Of a stretch of DNA of 64,000 bases, positions 35,791 to 49,489 are shown piece by piece (the first letter of the stretch is position 1; the number at the start of each line of letters is the position of its first letter). Source of the stretch: Lama glama (Eukaryota); the NCBI GenBank assembly GCA_028534125.1, contig CM052821.1, positions 33,356,001 through 33,420,000 of the forward strand, read 5' to 3'. The position numbers and the translations under genes were made by a program. A model generated the notes under the pieces. The model was not told the origin of the DNA and ran no database searches. It saw nothing but the letters and a program-made list of their open reading frames with translations.

Positions 35791-36719
35791 CACAAAGAGT
35801 GCTTTAGACCTGTGGATCCAGTGATGGGTTCCATCTGTTGAGAATCTTGGAGTAGGTTTTGATCTGGTTGCCAAGGGCATGAGTTGGCTGTGAATACAAA
35901 GGAGAGGAGGGGTAAAGGGCTTTCCAGGAGGAGGGAGCTGCATGAGTCAAGTCAGAGGGGCAGGGCATGGAGGAGCGTGAGTGGAGTGCTCTTAGGCAGA
36001 TCCATTTGGATGGAATAATCACAATAATGTTTTTATGGGAAAATTCCCTCTGTGTTCCAAGTACTTAAAAAATGAGGTTTTGAAACTCAACCCATTAGTA
36101 ATTTTGGGAACTCCCTGTTCTTTTGGTGACAGTGGTAGCCCTACTGCCATTTCTGATTGTTTATGTTTATGTTTCATATGTTTATGTTTACATAAAGTTG
36201 GTACATCCATGCAGAATCTTTTTAGGAAAACTAGACTTGTTTGAAAAGATGCCAGGTTAGTGCAGGGTTGACCAGTGCCACATTTTATAGCAAAGTATTT
36301 GTTGACAGAAATAAAATGAATTCCTTTACACTCCCTAAGGACCTCTTGCTTTTTGTATATTATTATATGTAATAATTTTGATTAGACATAAAATGCAGTT
36401 TTAAAAGTCAGAGTTTGGAAGGGATTCCTGTACTAAGTGTTTAGCATTTTGAGTAACTAAAAAGACCATCATCCTGTTCTTAATTTAACATAAATCGCCT
36501 GGACAAAATTTCACAGCTGTTAATAGACTGAAGTACATTAACAGTATGAATTAAGGAAAAAAGAAGAGGTGTATGCTTTTGTGTATGGAGAAACCAAATG
36601 TGCAGTTACCTACCTGGTAACAGGAAAATAGACTAGTGGATGCTCTAGTATATTTTGAGCTTTTTAAAATTTCTCCTTGATTTTTTTCTTTTCATTTTTT
36701 AAAAGAGGTCTTCATATTT

Positions 36720-37200
36720 CTTTATTTAGTTTAGTTTTTTGTTTGCTTATTTTTGCTTTTTTTATATGTTCTAATTATTTTTTTGAACATTTTTTATTGA
36801 TTTATAATCATTTTACAATGTTGTGTTTATTTTTGCTTTTTTAATTGAGGTATAGTTGATTTACTATTTAGCCATTAAAAAAGAATGAAATCTTGCCATT
36901 TGCAACAACATGGATGGAACTGGAGGGTATGATGCTAAGTAAGGTAAGTCAGCCAGAGAAAGACAAATACTGCATGATATCACTTATATGTGGAATCTAA
37001 AAAATGAAACAAATAAGTAAGTATAAGAAAAACAGACAGACTCACAGATCTAGAGGACAAACTAGTGATTACCAGTGGAGAGAGGGAAGGGGGAGGGGCA
37101 CGGTGGGGATAGAGGATTATGAGGTAACAAACCACCATGTATAAAATAAATAAGATACAAAGATTTATTGTACGGTGCAGGGAATATAGCCAATATCTTT
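36720..37200. mobile_element. L1 3' end with 5' inversion, plus a second tiny L1 tip in its tail
   Basis: Antisense tail and tip (aattgaggtatagttgatttac, to 36864) joined to a sense segment 36865-37200 (agccattaaaaaagaatgaaatc...gggaatatagccaatatc). Confidence 0.85.
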
Positions 37201-40200
37201 CCATTTTCCAATCATTTTAATTTATGCATTTCTTCTTTTCCTTAAAAATCTAGCCTAGCATTCTACGAACCTTCCTATAAAGCAACCACAGGACATTTTT
37301 AATGGACTTAAGTCAGTCCTTATCACTGCCTTTGATGTACAGTCCAGTCTGTCCCTGAATAGCTCCCAGCTTTGGTAGTGGTCATTCTGTTTTCTCACTA
37401 GTTGACTCAAAATCTGTAATTACNNNNNNNNNNNNNNNNNNNNNNNNNNNNNNNNNNNNNNNNNNNNNNNNNNNNNNNNNNNNNNNNNNNNNNNNNNNNN
37501 NNNNNNNNNNNNNNNNNNNNNNNNNNNNNNNNNNNNNNNNNNNNNNNNNNNNNNNNNNNNNNNNNNNNNNNNNNNNNNNNNNNNNNNAAGTGTTGACTGA
37601 ACGCAAACAGCCTGCAGTCTGAGAGGCCCAGGCCCAAGGAAGGACGAGGTCACCATGGGTCATCTGAAGAGGCGGGCAGGCGGGGGGGGGGGCGGTGGTT
37701 CATAACAGTTCTGGACTGACCTATGAATGGACGGCTCCATTTGATCTCCTCTTCCTCGTGGATGCTGGAGCTCTCTGCCACACAACAAAGCTTCTCTTAG
37801 TTCCCGTGTTCCTGGAATTTAAGAATAAATGAGGTCTCTTGCAAAGGCCTGGCATGAGAGGAGTAAATTGGAAATATTAAGGGATGTTGGTGCAGTAATA
37901 ATGCACTTTTGTTTCCTGGTGCTACTCGAGGTAATGATTATAGGCTTGTAATTTGTGAGCAAGAAGATTAAGTTCAGTATTAAAATGTTATTACAGGCAA
38001 GTAGGAGCAGGGGGCTCTTTTGGGAAAATGCGGGAGATCAGTCACCTTCTCACCTCAGAGTATTAAAGGTTACCGGAGGTGATAAGATTTAACAAGTATG
38101 GAAAGTTTTGCAGGGTGAGAAAACTGTGGCTGGAAGCTCTTTCAAGTGACTTTCTTAACAACAAATCTTGCTTTCTCACTCTCCATGGGGTTCTTAGGAA
38201 ATCCCTGGGTATCTTTACAAAGGATATTTTTAGTTTTAAAGCATAAACTAAATGTTATACCTGATTAATTTGTGGAATAAAAGATATATTATTTAAGAAG
38301 ATGTAATACAATACCGTATTAAAGCTGGTTATAAAAAAAAGTTAAAAGAACAATGGAGACAGAATTTTTTTTAAACTAGGTAGAAATCATAAAGGAACAA
38401 TCGATGGTTATACCTCTGTTTCCTTTTCTTTCTAAGCTTCACTTTTTGTCAGCAAGATAATTTTCAATGATTTTAGCAGAAATCTATTTTAAGTAACTTT
38501 GAAAAAAGTATAAATGAAAATAAATAATTTAAGGTGTTTCCAATAAATCTGTTTTTTCCCCTTCCTCCTCTTCAGAGGAAGAATCTGTTTTAGAAAATCT
38601 TTGTTTTATATTATTTTCATATTTTGCTTAAAAATAGGTACATTCTACTTAGTATTTGGACTTCAATGAAGTCTGGAGATTTCCTAAAATTATGTCTATA
38701 TTACCAACCCCTATACATTATTACATTTAAGTTTCTCTTAAGAAAAAAACAGAGTTTTATACCTAAGAGCATATTTCTTACAACTTGAACTCATTTGTGA
38801 TCTTTTAAAACGAAAAAACTAAAATAATTTAAGGTACAAATTTATGAAGAGAGAGATCCTTTTTAGGGAGCTTTGATTATTCCCATCTTTTACCCCTAGA
38901 AACAAGCACTTCTGAATCTGTTATATTCTAGACAGCACTGTCTCTTTGACGATGTGTCTTGCATTGGCAAGATTCTTACTTCCTGAACCCTGGAAAATTT
39001 TTTCAACACCTATCGAAAGTCTCAGAAAGTAATTCCTGCCCTTATCCATTTAGAAGGAACCTCTTAATTCTAAATGGAATGACTGACTAATCTGCAAAAG
39101 AATTATGTCAATTCTGCATATTTTCAACCCAAGTCTCTAACAGCAGCTCTTTCTCCAACCCCAGGACATTGGTCCTACAGAGAAAGTGGTTGGATGAAAC
39201 GTGTGACTTGTGTGGCAGGATTCAGGACTTAACTCACGTGGCAATTTGGGTGTACAGAGAAACACAGCTGATTTACTATGTCTATAGCCTGTCCCCTTCT
39301 AAAGCTCCCACCTGCCGGTTTGTGACAAACCTTAGTTAAATTTCCAGTATGTTTTAAAATTAGTTCAATCTGACAATTTAAAGGACCCCTTTAGGTTATA
39401 TGCAGTCTCTCATATAAATAAAAATATTCAGTGTCAGAGTTTCTATTTCCTCTTGCCCTGTTTCTAACATTGACTGGCTGTGAGAGGAAAGGTAAGTGTT
39501 GCTCAAACTTGTGCAGCCCTGAGACGAAGATTTGAGGTATTTACTGTGTGATGTCTTCTGAGCTCCAAGGTCATGGCCGTTGATTGCTGAATTCTCTCCT
39601 GGCTCTCAGAGCTGAGATCTGCAGCATATGAAACTATGGGCTGTTCTTTTGGCTCAGGAAATGCTACCAGCATGGACTCGGGCTGTTTTGTGTCAACCAC
39701 CCAGTCTCTAGCAGTTCCTCCACCTGGCTTTCTGTTCTGGGGGTCCTTCTCAGCTGTGGAATCCTTATGCTTTGCCATGGTGGGCTCCATGGCATCTTGA
39801 ATTTCACTCTGGATCCAAGCAACAGGGAAATGCAGGTGGCTTGGGAACGCTAAATCTCAAGGCTTTTCTACCTACCCACACTGCTAAGGTTTCTCTGAGT
39901 GGCTGAGCTGCAGATTGGATGCTCTACTAAGTGGTCTCCTTTCAGAGTCTAAATTGGGGGTAGCTGATCTCATTGGTGACATATTATCTCCTTTCCTGGT
40001 GGAAGCCAAAATGCAAAAAATTGAAGTGTCATGATTACTTTTTTCTTCTCTTCTCTCTGTTTTTCACCAATCTTATGTCCAGAAAAGGACAAACTTTCTT
40101 TTACTCCCTTTAAGATGTACCCTCTGTTGGCTATAGAAATGGCTTAGCAGTGAGAGGATAGGCAATCCTTCCATATAATGGTAGAACTCTGTGCTCTAAA

Positions 40201-40537
40201 TCCTCCAGATTCAATTCTTGGTATCCTAAAGGAAACATTAAAGTGATCTGGAAAATCTCTCCATGCAGTATGTCTGGCGAGGCTGTTGTCTTAGCACATT
40301 ATCCTATTTTGCATCTCAGAAACTACTTATAACTTTCCTACACCCTGAATTTGCTCTGCAAAAAATACCTATGTTTAACTTGCATGAACAGTATCCCAGT
40401 CAGCGGCGACCTCACTTTGAGGAGCTGGGGAAATGAGCTGAGATATGTCGGGTCTGTTCTTTTTTTCTGTGACCCATGGCTTCAGCAATATTCTTGATAT
40501 TTTGCTAATTAAAATGGAAACTAAATGTGTCCTTATT

Positions 40538-40616
40538 ATGTGTGTGTGTGTGTGTATGTATGTGTATGTGTGTGTGTGTATATATACATATACATATATA
40601 TACACATACATATACT
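40538..40616. repeat. Compound (TG)n/(TA/CA)n microsatellite
   Basis: Direct reading. Confidence 0.9.
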
Positions 40617-40634
40617 CTCTTTTGGCCAAAATAT

Positions 40635-40922
40635 AGCCTGCTCAAATGTTCACCATCTATTTTACCTCCCTCTTCATTAACCGCTATTACCTTATCCTTC
40701 TTTATCTTTATAGCACTTAGTCTTAGTGAAAGTATGTATTTTCATTTGCTCGCCTGCTTATTTTCTGTTTCTCTCACTATGATATAAACTTGAAAAGAGG
40801 AAGGTTTTATCTGTTTTGTTCAGCATCGTATTCCAATGCCTTAAACAGGATATGCTCATATTAGGGACTCAATAAATATATGTTGAATAAATGAATTTAT
40901 AAATAAACGCATGAATGAATAA
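40635..40922 (+). mobile_element. L2 LINE 3' end
   Basis: ctcaaatgttcacc...ctcaataaatatatgttgaataaatgaat. Confidence 0.75.
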
Positions 40923-43350
40923 ATCTATATCCAGACTCTCCAGTCAGATGACTTTTGCTTTTCCTTCCAGGTTTAAGGTCTCTCCATAGGCTTATTAACA
41001 ACGGCTGATTGTCAATGATATTACTCTAGATGATTAAATGGTCATATTCATTGAGCTTAATTCTTTATTTCAAATGTTTTTGAGCCTGAAAAGCTCATTA
41101 GCCTGTTCTCTGGGATTGGAGAAGTGGTATCCTGTTTGTGGAATCAATGGAAGATAAATTTATGCAACATTCAACAAATGCTATAAGCTCTTAATAACAC
41201 CCTATTCATTTATTCATCACTATATTTTGGTGCCCAACACCACTGCTGGACACACAGTAAGCATTCATTCATGTTTATTGAATTGGTTCAGTATAGAAAG
41301 TGAGTTCAAAACTTCCAGTTGTGCTTCAAGTCTTCGCATAAATTATCCAAAGTCACTAAACCCCAGATAAAAGTATACTGTTCATGGTATGTTTACTCTA
41401 AAAAACAAAGATTATATATTCTAGTCTGCTTTACTTTGTCTTAATTTAGGTCCTGTTGTTGAGGCACTTCGTAGCCAGCTAGAAAAAGCCATTGTCAGTA
41501 AGTTCCTTACCATTGACACTTCAGTTTAAACTGTGTTTCGTTCCAACGTGCTAGCTGGTTTTAGAGCAGCAGAACAGAATTAGTCACAAATCAGTCAGGA
41601 AGCCCTTGTTACGGTGGTTGAGGATTGGCACACTCACTTGTTGACTGCATGGGATGACTGATGACTTCAACCTCCTACGCTTGAAGGGGTTGACCACAAG
41701 AACTGTCCAGCTATCCAGGAGTAAGTTGTTCCAGGCCTGTTTCTACAATGAACACAAGTGTCCTCTGCTTTCTCCTGATCATGGCTGTGAGTCATCTCAG
41801 CTGCATTCCCCTAGCCATTTGGCTCTCTTGGAAAGGCCTCACCTGTGTTTAGGGCCTGGGCCTGGGGAACTGAGATCTGGCCAAATCACCATGGCCACAT
41901 GACTGCTGGCATATTCCGGCATTTCTCCAGCTGTTCAGTGAAGCGGTCCAGCTGAGTTATCCTAACTCACTGATGATGCCAGTAGTGCAGTTTGGGGAAC
42001 ATTTCAGCCCCATAGATTTAGACATCAGATCGTGCTGTTACTGTCTGCTGATGGTTTGCTGGCATAAAAGTTACACTAATTTTCCATCAATGTAGTGTGT
42101 ATATAGTTCATACATAGTAGGCCACTTAAAGCAAAGAGGGGCTGATGGAGAAAAGTCACTTTGTTCAATTAAGAAATGTGGATTAAGCACCTATTTGCTA
42201 TCAACCACTGCACTCAGTAGCCAAGGGGGATACAAGGAGAGCAAAAAATGATTCTTACACTCATGAATGTATCTAATATTAGCTATTTTTATATTTGCAT
42301 ATAAATAGTACATATTTTGACATAAGGAGACAATTTGTACTTTTTGTTTGCATGTGATATAGGATAAGAGGTTTGCCTTAGACTACAAAGCATTAAGGAA
42401 GATTGCTGACTGATGACTTTTTTTGGTCTTTTGGAACATACAGCATCTCCTAACATTTCTTTTGTTCAAGTACCAGAGCCATTAAATAGAGCACTCAAAA
42501 TTGCATAATGGAAATGGGTGGGTTTTACTGAAACAAATTAAATAAAACTAAAATATTAAAACGTGAGTTATTGAATGGGAAGTGTATCTGTTTTTTAAAC
42601 ATTCTTTGACATTTATTTTCTTTGGATCTTTTTTTTTTTTTGCTTTCTTTCTTAATGTTGAAAGTTCCCAGAAGAAAATCCTATCTGTGGAGACGTACTT
42701 TATTCTTTGCTGAAGCCTGCATGGTTTTCACAGTTCCTTTCCGTGTCCAATGTAATAAGGATGATATTTTTAACTTCAAACTCTTGATGATTATTTTTAT
42801 TTCTCAGGAAAATCCTTTTTTCCACCCTTCTATCCTGCTCACCAGCAGAGAGAAAACAGCACCTTATAAGTCTTCCTTTTCGCCTACGGCGTGTTTCATA
42901 ATGCCAGTGTGCTTCNNNNNNNNNNNNNNNNNNNNNNNNNNNNNNNNNNNNNNNNNNNNNNNNNNNNNNNNNNNNNNNNNNNNNNNNNNNNNNNNNNNNN
43001 NNNNNNNNNNNNNNNNNNNNNNNNNNNNNNNNNNNNNNNNNNNNNNNNNNNNNNNNNNNNNNNNNNNNNNNNNNNNNNNNNNNNNNNNNNNNNNNGACCG
43101 GCTGCCTACATCCCATGTCACACTTTTTTTTTTTGGTTGGAGTAGTTAGTCATTAGTACTGAATTGTCTGGTCACGAGCAGGGAGAGAGTGAAAATGCAA
43201 AATTAAATATACTTCATTTTCACAGTTCTGCTGTGAAATCTGTGGAGGAAATCCCTGAGAGGTGTAACCTGACCAAAGGGTTGCAGGTATATGGTGTTAC
43301 TCAGCATCTCTTGCCTCATCCCTTCTGCCCTGGAAGTCTGTGTTTGTGAC

Positions 43351-43710
43351 TGTATTAGTCAGGATAGGCTAGTTTATGCTGCAGTAACAAACAACCTTCC
43401 CCTCCCCCTTTCCAAATCTCAGTGATTAATCCTCTACACCATGTCCTTATGTATTGGCTGTTGCTCCATTTCCTGTCATTGGATGGAGCAACCTTTATCT
43501 GGAACACTTGGTCCTCCTAGCCAAAGGAAAAGAAACATGGTGGACCACTTGCCGGATCGGAAAGCCTCTGTGTGACATACCTCATTTCTATTTACATTTC
43601 ACTGGCTAAAGCAAGTCACATGATCACTTCTGAGTTTGTCAGAGCAGTATATATATATATTCCTCCTTCAGGGAGGAGTACCAGGATATTTGGTGAACAA
43701 ACTACCATAG
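43351..43710. mobile_element. MaLR LTR (MLT1I/J-like)
   Basis: tgtattagtcaggataggctagtttatgctgcagtaacaaacaacc...gcaagtcacatga...tttggtgaaca. Confidence 0.75.
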
Positions 43711-43989
43711 TGGGGATTTATTTACCTTCATTTGACAATAGTCAACAGAAAGTAAAAAATTTTCAGACAGGGACTTAATCTGGTGACTGAATTTGGCAAA
43801 GAACTAGTATCTTTTCTTTTTCTTTAATTTTTATTTTTTGGGGGGAATTAGAAATGAGGTAGAAGGCCTCATTGTTTTGAACATTAAGCCCTTGAAGGCC
43901 AATTTCTAGTGTATTTACATACACGTTTTATCTGTATTCATTATAACTTCAGGGTGTCCAGAGTTTTCATGACTATTATTTTGCCCTTG

Positions 43990-44805
43990 CTTATGTATTC
44001 AGACTCATCTCTCACCACACTCCTGCCTCTGCCTCTAGGCTCTGGCTGCAATGAACTATTTTCTATTCTAGGACTTCCCTTGGTACACCTTTTAGTTTTG
44101 CCTTGTTTGGCCAACTCCTCCCATCCATTAGAACTTAAAGTCAATATCACTTTTCCTAGCCTTAGTCAGGTCCACTATGTTCTAAAAGAAGGCTGTCCAT
44201 GTTTATCTTTACCATAACATTAATCCCATGGAAATATTGTTTATCAGTTTTTCACATTGTATACAGTTCATCATTGCCCTGGGAGGCCCACAACTGAGTC
44301 TGATTTTGCATCACTCTCCTCCACTGACCCTGATGTTCCAGCTACACTGGCCCTCTTTGTTTCCTATAAATAAACCCAATTTGACTACATCTTAGTACCC
44401 TCCCACTATCCATTCCTGCTGCCTGTTCTCTCTCGTCTTCAGAACACTGGCCCTTTTTTTCATTCTGGTCTTAGCTTAAGTATCAGTCCCTGAGAGATGC
44501 CTTTCTTGAATCCTCAGTCTAAAGGAGCCACCCAGACTCTGGCTATCATATCACCCTGTCTTTGCATAGCCCTTAACACCACCTAGACTCTGGCTGTCAT
44601 ATCACCCTGTCTTTGCATAGCCCTTATCACCACCAAGTACCTTCTTATTCATTCATTTGTTTATTATCTGCCTCCTTCTATTAGAATATAAGCCTCAAGA
44701 GAGCAGAATCTTTCTGTTCTGGTTACTTCTGTCTTACTAAGGACAGTGTTAGTTATTATTACTGTTAAGTAGTCAATAAATAGCTGTTGATTTTTGAATG
44801 AGTTC
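43990..44805 (+). mobile_element. L2 LINE fragments
   Basis: ccagctacactggccctct...tctgcctccttctattagaatataagcctcaagagagcag...caataaatagctgttga. Confidence 0.7.
44528..44634. repeat. 51-bp tandem duplication (2.1 copies) inside L2
   Basis: ccacccagactctggctatcatatcaccctgtctttgcatagcccttaaca repeated at 44579 with 3 mismatches. Confidence 0.92.
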
Positions 44806-45419
44806 ATGACATTATAGTAGTTTTTCAAAATCAAGGTTAACGCTTTCATTGTTGTAAGCATTCAATAAATATTTATTCTTAAATACACCAGTGAAATTCT
44901 AGAGGTTCTTCAAAATCCATGTGAAATCTTATCTTCTGTTGAAAATTTTCACCCATACTATCAATCTTTCATAGCACTTCTTAACATTTTTTAATCTAGT
45001 CATAATATCTTCTCATAGTATTTCTATTGATTTCTATATGCCTCTGACAATGACAGTGTCTTTTACTTTAACTCTCCCTTTGACACTTAGCAAAAGTTTG
45101 GAAAAATATATTTTGGGGTAGATTTTTATTCTATTGGTGGATTGTGTCAGAAAGACTTTGTCAGGCAAAGTATTACTGTCATAGATTACTCATATCAAAA
45201 ATGAATTTACCAAGTCAAAGACTCCTACAAAGATCTTGAATCACTCAGACCAAATTTTCATGCCCTTCTATGACAGCCTGGAGAGTTAATTTCCATGACT
45301 CTATGGAAATTGCTTGAGATAGACTATTAAGAAGATACCATATGATTTGGTAATCACTGAAGAAAACTTTTCCATAGTTGGATTCAAGCCTAATTTCTTA
45401 CTCTTGCAAATGAAACATG

Positions 45420-45635
45420 CATCAGATTATGGTTTTAACACGTTCCCACTTCACTAACAAGGTATATAGCCTTATACAAGTTAGTGACTTCTCTGTGTCT
45501 TGGTTTCTTCATCTCTAGGTAGGAGATGATAATAATATTTACCTCTCAGAGTTAAGAGGATTCAATATGTTAATATATGTAAGTACTTAGAATATTGTCA
45601 GGAAAAGAGCGAGGTGCTACACATCTGTTAGCTAT
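45420..45635 (+). mobile_element. MIR SINE
   Basis: caagttagtgacttctctgtgtcttggtttcttcatctct...gtaagtacttagaat. Confidence 0.7.
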
Positions 45636-48389
45636 CATCATCATTATTTCTAACAATCTAAGTTAAAATCAATGGTGAACTTTTAAGAGATGTTTAAAAT
45701 TTAAGTTTTTAACTAGCAAACAAAAACAATAAGACAAACTTTAAAGAGTAATAGGTTGGTCCAACTTTCAAGGCTCTTGTTACATATTTTAACTGGTTGT
45801 GACATAGTCATGTAAAAAGATCCTTCCTTGATGTGGTAAATTCATCCTTTCTGGTATGGAGATCAATATGTGGGGACATCAAAAGTAAGAAATACAGGAT
45901 TGTTTTGGAAGAGATTTTCAAGAATTTATCTTGTCAAGGGAAAGCACTAACATGATTAAGCTCAAAGAGATAGCAGTATTAAGCTATATTTTAGTAATAT
46001 CCTATCTCCCCGTTTTGATCCCACTGCTTTGACTATTCATATGTGTTAACCTGTCTCAAACTTTCTTTGTATGTTTGTTTTTTTTGGTCTCCCTTTTCCT
46101 TATTCTCTTTTGCCTTCACCAGTCATCTATTCTCTTTCTTCCATTCACCCATCCTCTCTCCCTTCCTTGACTTCTTTCTCTTTTCTTTTCTCAATTAAAT
46201 TGTTTATAAATTTTTTATGGATTGAGAAATAATGGGAATATTTGCGTTAAACATTACTCATAAATAATCTCTATGGAATAAAACTGACACTGTCTTAAAG
46301 TGCACATGGTAAAATTTGTTATTGATTAAAAATTAAAGGAAGAATAAGATCTTCTTAACAATGTTTAGATCTACAAATTCTAACCCAAGAATATTGAACT
46401 TGGTAGGTAAAATGACTACAAAGGAAAACTCACAAAGAAAGAAAAAAATCATTAAAAATTAATATGACAAAAAACTTGATGAATTAAATTATTTTATAAT
46501 TTAGATGGAAAACAAATAATGCCAATAAATTAACCTCAGTTAAATAAAGAAGAAAATTGAAAAAATATTAAAAATGGTTACAGGACTACCTTGAACAAGG
46601 AATAATTTGGCTTAGTGGTATTTGCTTTGGGAACTAATTTCCTGATGAAAATTTGATCAACATTGACCTAATCTGATCAAAATGTTTGTACTATAAACAG
46701 TCTCAGGGTCAAAATTTCTTCAGAGGCAAAAACAGCTGGGTCAAAATGGTGGGGTTGAACTATAACTACTATTTTGTAATCTGATTTTTATATAACAATC
46801 TACTTTGTAGAACTTTCCATGTCATTGAATATTTGTCTGTAATATTTCAATGACTACATATTCCATTTTGTGAAAATGTAATAGTTTACTTAACTAGTCT
46901 TCTATTACTAGACTGTTTTAAACTTTCTGTTATTACCAGTTTGTGAACAGTATCGTTATAGATAGGTGGCACACTTTCTAGAAGAGGAACATTTCTTGAA
47001 TCTTTCTATTTCTGTATGGATTTCAGAAATAGATATTGTCTGGAAAACTGCTGTGAAGGAAAAGAGACTCTATATCTTTCTGTTTCCTTCATCCAAGTTC
47101 TGGTTATTTGGCATTGACTATTTATTAAATAAGAGCCTTTTGGATTTAATTACAACTTTTTAACTTCCAATGTTGTCTGAAACTGTGACAAAATATGAGA
47201 TAGCATCTGATCTTGGCTTTTAAAGTAAGCAAACCCAAAATACCTCAACTCAAATAGCTCAAAAACAGCAAGAAAGGATGGAAATGTCATATAGGAGCTG
47301 CTAGGATTTGATCCGTTGCAATTTATTTGACTTATGCTTATTCCAATGCTATTTATAGTCAAAGGTAAATATAATTTTAGGTCTCTTTTTGAAACCACTA
47401 GCAGAACCAAAAGTGGTTTCTGTAAAAGGCCAGAAGAAACAGATTGGGGACAAACTAATTTCATACTCATTGGCTAGCAAAGTAAATACAATTCATGAAC
47501 AGTCATTGAATGAATGAATAAGTAAATTAGTGAAAACTGAACGTTGATTTCATATCTTATGACAAGCAAGATATCTACAAAGTCTATCACCCAGCACCTA
47601 ATATTGCAAGTTCAGATTTTCAACATGAATTCTTGCCAGATGAATGAAGAAATAAATCCACACGTTTGTTTCCTTGGACATCACTGACTATTTAAAAACA
47701 TCTGAGACCAATGTGATCACATTGTAGCGCTGGTTACACCAAGTAGCCAATGGCATGGACTTGGGCTTATGGTGACATTGTGTGACTGGTGATGAATACT
47801 TTGAGGAAGTTAGTTTACCTAGCAGAAATAACCACAGAGTATAAAACATCTACAAGGTGCCAGGCACACTCCCTTTCTGTAGATGAAGAAACAGAGGCTG
47901 AGAAAGTTAAAAACAAACAGACAAAAGGAACAAAAACTCTTTCAAGGCTGCACAGGCAAGAGATTTAGCTGAGATATTTACCTACTTCTTTATGATCCCA
48001 AAGGCTGTGAGCTTGACTACACCCATTGACTCTCTTAAATTTATAATCCAGTATTTCTTAAAATCACTAATAATCCCAGTACCCAGAGACAGTAGCTGGT
48101 ATTTTATAGAATTTTAGGAATCCTTTCCTTATTTTCAGTAAAAGATATTTGGTATTACACTTTCCATTCTGTATTGTGGTTTCCTTTATTTATTTTTTTT
48201 TTCTTTTTCTTTCCATGATTTATTTGAACATTTCCTCATGATATTAAGTATCCTTTACCATACACCTTAGTGGCAACTTCCCCTACCAGAAACCCAAGGA
48301 AATTATAAAATCTTTGAGGAGAGACATTTTAAAAAAGATACATTAACCACAGTGTTGAGGGTAATACTGGACATAAAGGAGATAATAAT

Positions 48390-48620
48390 AACTATTATAG
48401 CTAAATAATATAGTGTTGATTTTGTGCCAGGCATTGGTCTAATTATAATATGGATTAGTTTACTTAGCTTTTATAAAAAAAATCCACGGGGCAACATTAT
48501 CAGTATCCCATTTTCCCTATGAGAAAAGTGTCCAGGTCACTTAAGGTCAGTAAGTTGTGGAGGCAGGTTAAACCCGGTCAGTCTGGTTCTGGAATCCATG
48601 GTTCTAACCACTATGCTCAT
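48390..48620 (-). mobile_element. MIR SINE
   Basis: tgtgccaggcattggtctaa...ccccattttc...aaacccggtcagtctggttc. Confidence 0.7.
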
Positions 48621-49489
48621 CTACCTAAAATAGATCTGCAATGAGTAATTGTCAGCTCTAGGAAATCGGAGTAAAGGTAATTGTGGGTATGCTTTGACAT
48701 TCTCATGTGTAAAAAGCCTATGTTCATCCCCATTGCTGAACTGCCTGAATTCTAGATTCCTCTGCTAGGAATTTTAATTTAAAAAACCATCCTTATTTCT
48801 CCCAATTTCTCTTTGAACTTTTGATCTGGTGAGACTGGGATGCATGACTACACCATATCCACCCCCAGTTTTTAAAACTTGACTCTATCCAAATTTTCTC
48901 TACCATTGAAGACAGTTTACTTCCTGGGTTCTCCACAAAACATTCCCTGTGTCCTTCAGGCTTGGTTTCCTGTCTCTTCTTTGGACTCTTTTGGTCTTTT
49001 TGTCTTATTTCTCTTCATATTCCTTAATGTTCCACAAAAAAGCACTTGATTCATAATAGGCAGGAAATTAATATTGCTTTGCTGAGTGAGGAAACGCCCA
49101 AGTGAGTAAGTGAGACTTACACTCTTTTGCAACTGATTGCATCTGCTGTAGTCTTACCTCTGTAAATAGACTATAAGCTCTTGGCAACGCAGGATCAATG
49201 TTGACCATTTCTCCATCCCCCTAGCGCCTGATATAATCTGAATCAGCACAAGATCCTTACCCAATATGGTGTTATTGTGACTCAGCATGGAGTCCATAAA
49301 TGGTGAAGATGGTGACCTCTTTTTCTTTTTTGACTGTATCACTTTGCTGAATTGGTTTTAGAGAATAAGACTTATTTATTTTACTCTTTTATTAGATGCA
49401 CTTACTTTCTTATTTATTTGTGTTTTCTATTAGTTTGTTAAGAATATTAAATGAATGAATCATTTTCAGGGTTAACAAATTGAATTAAA

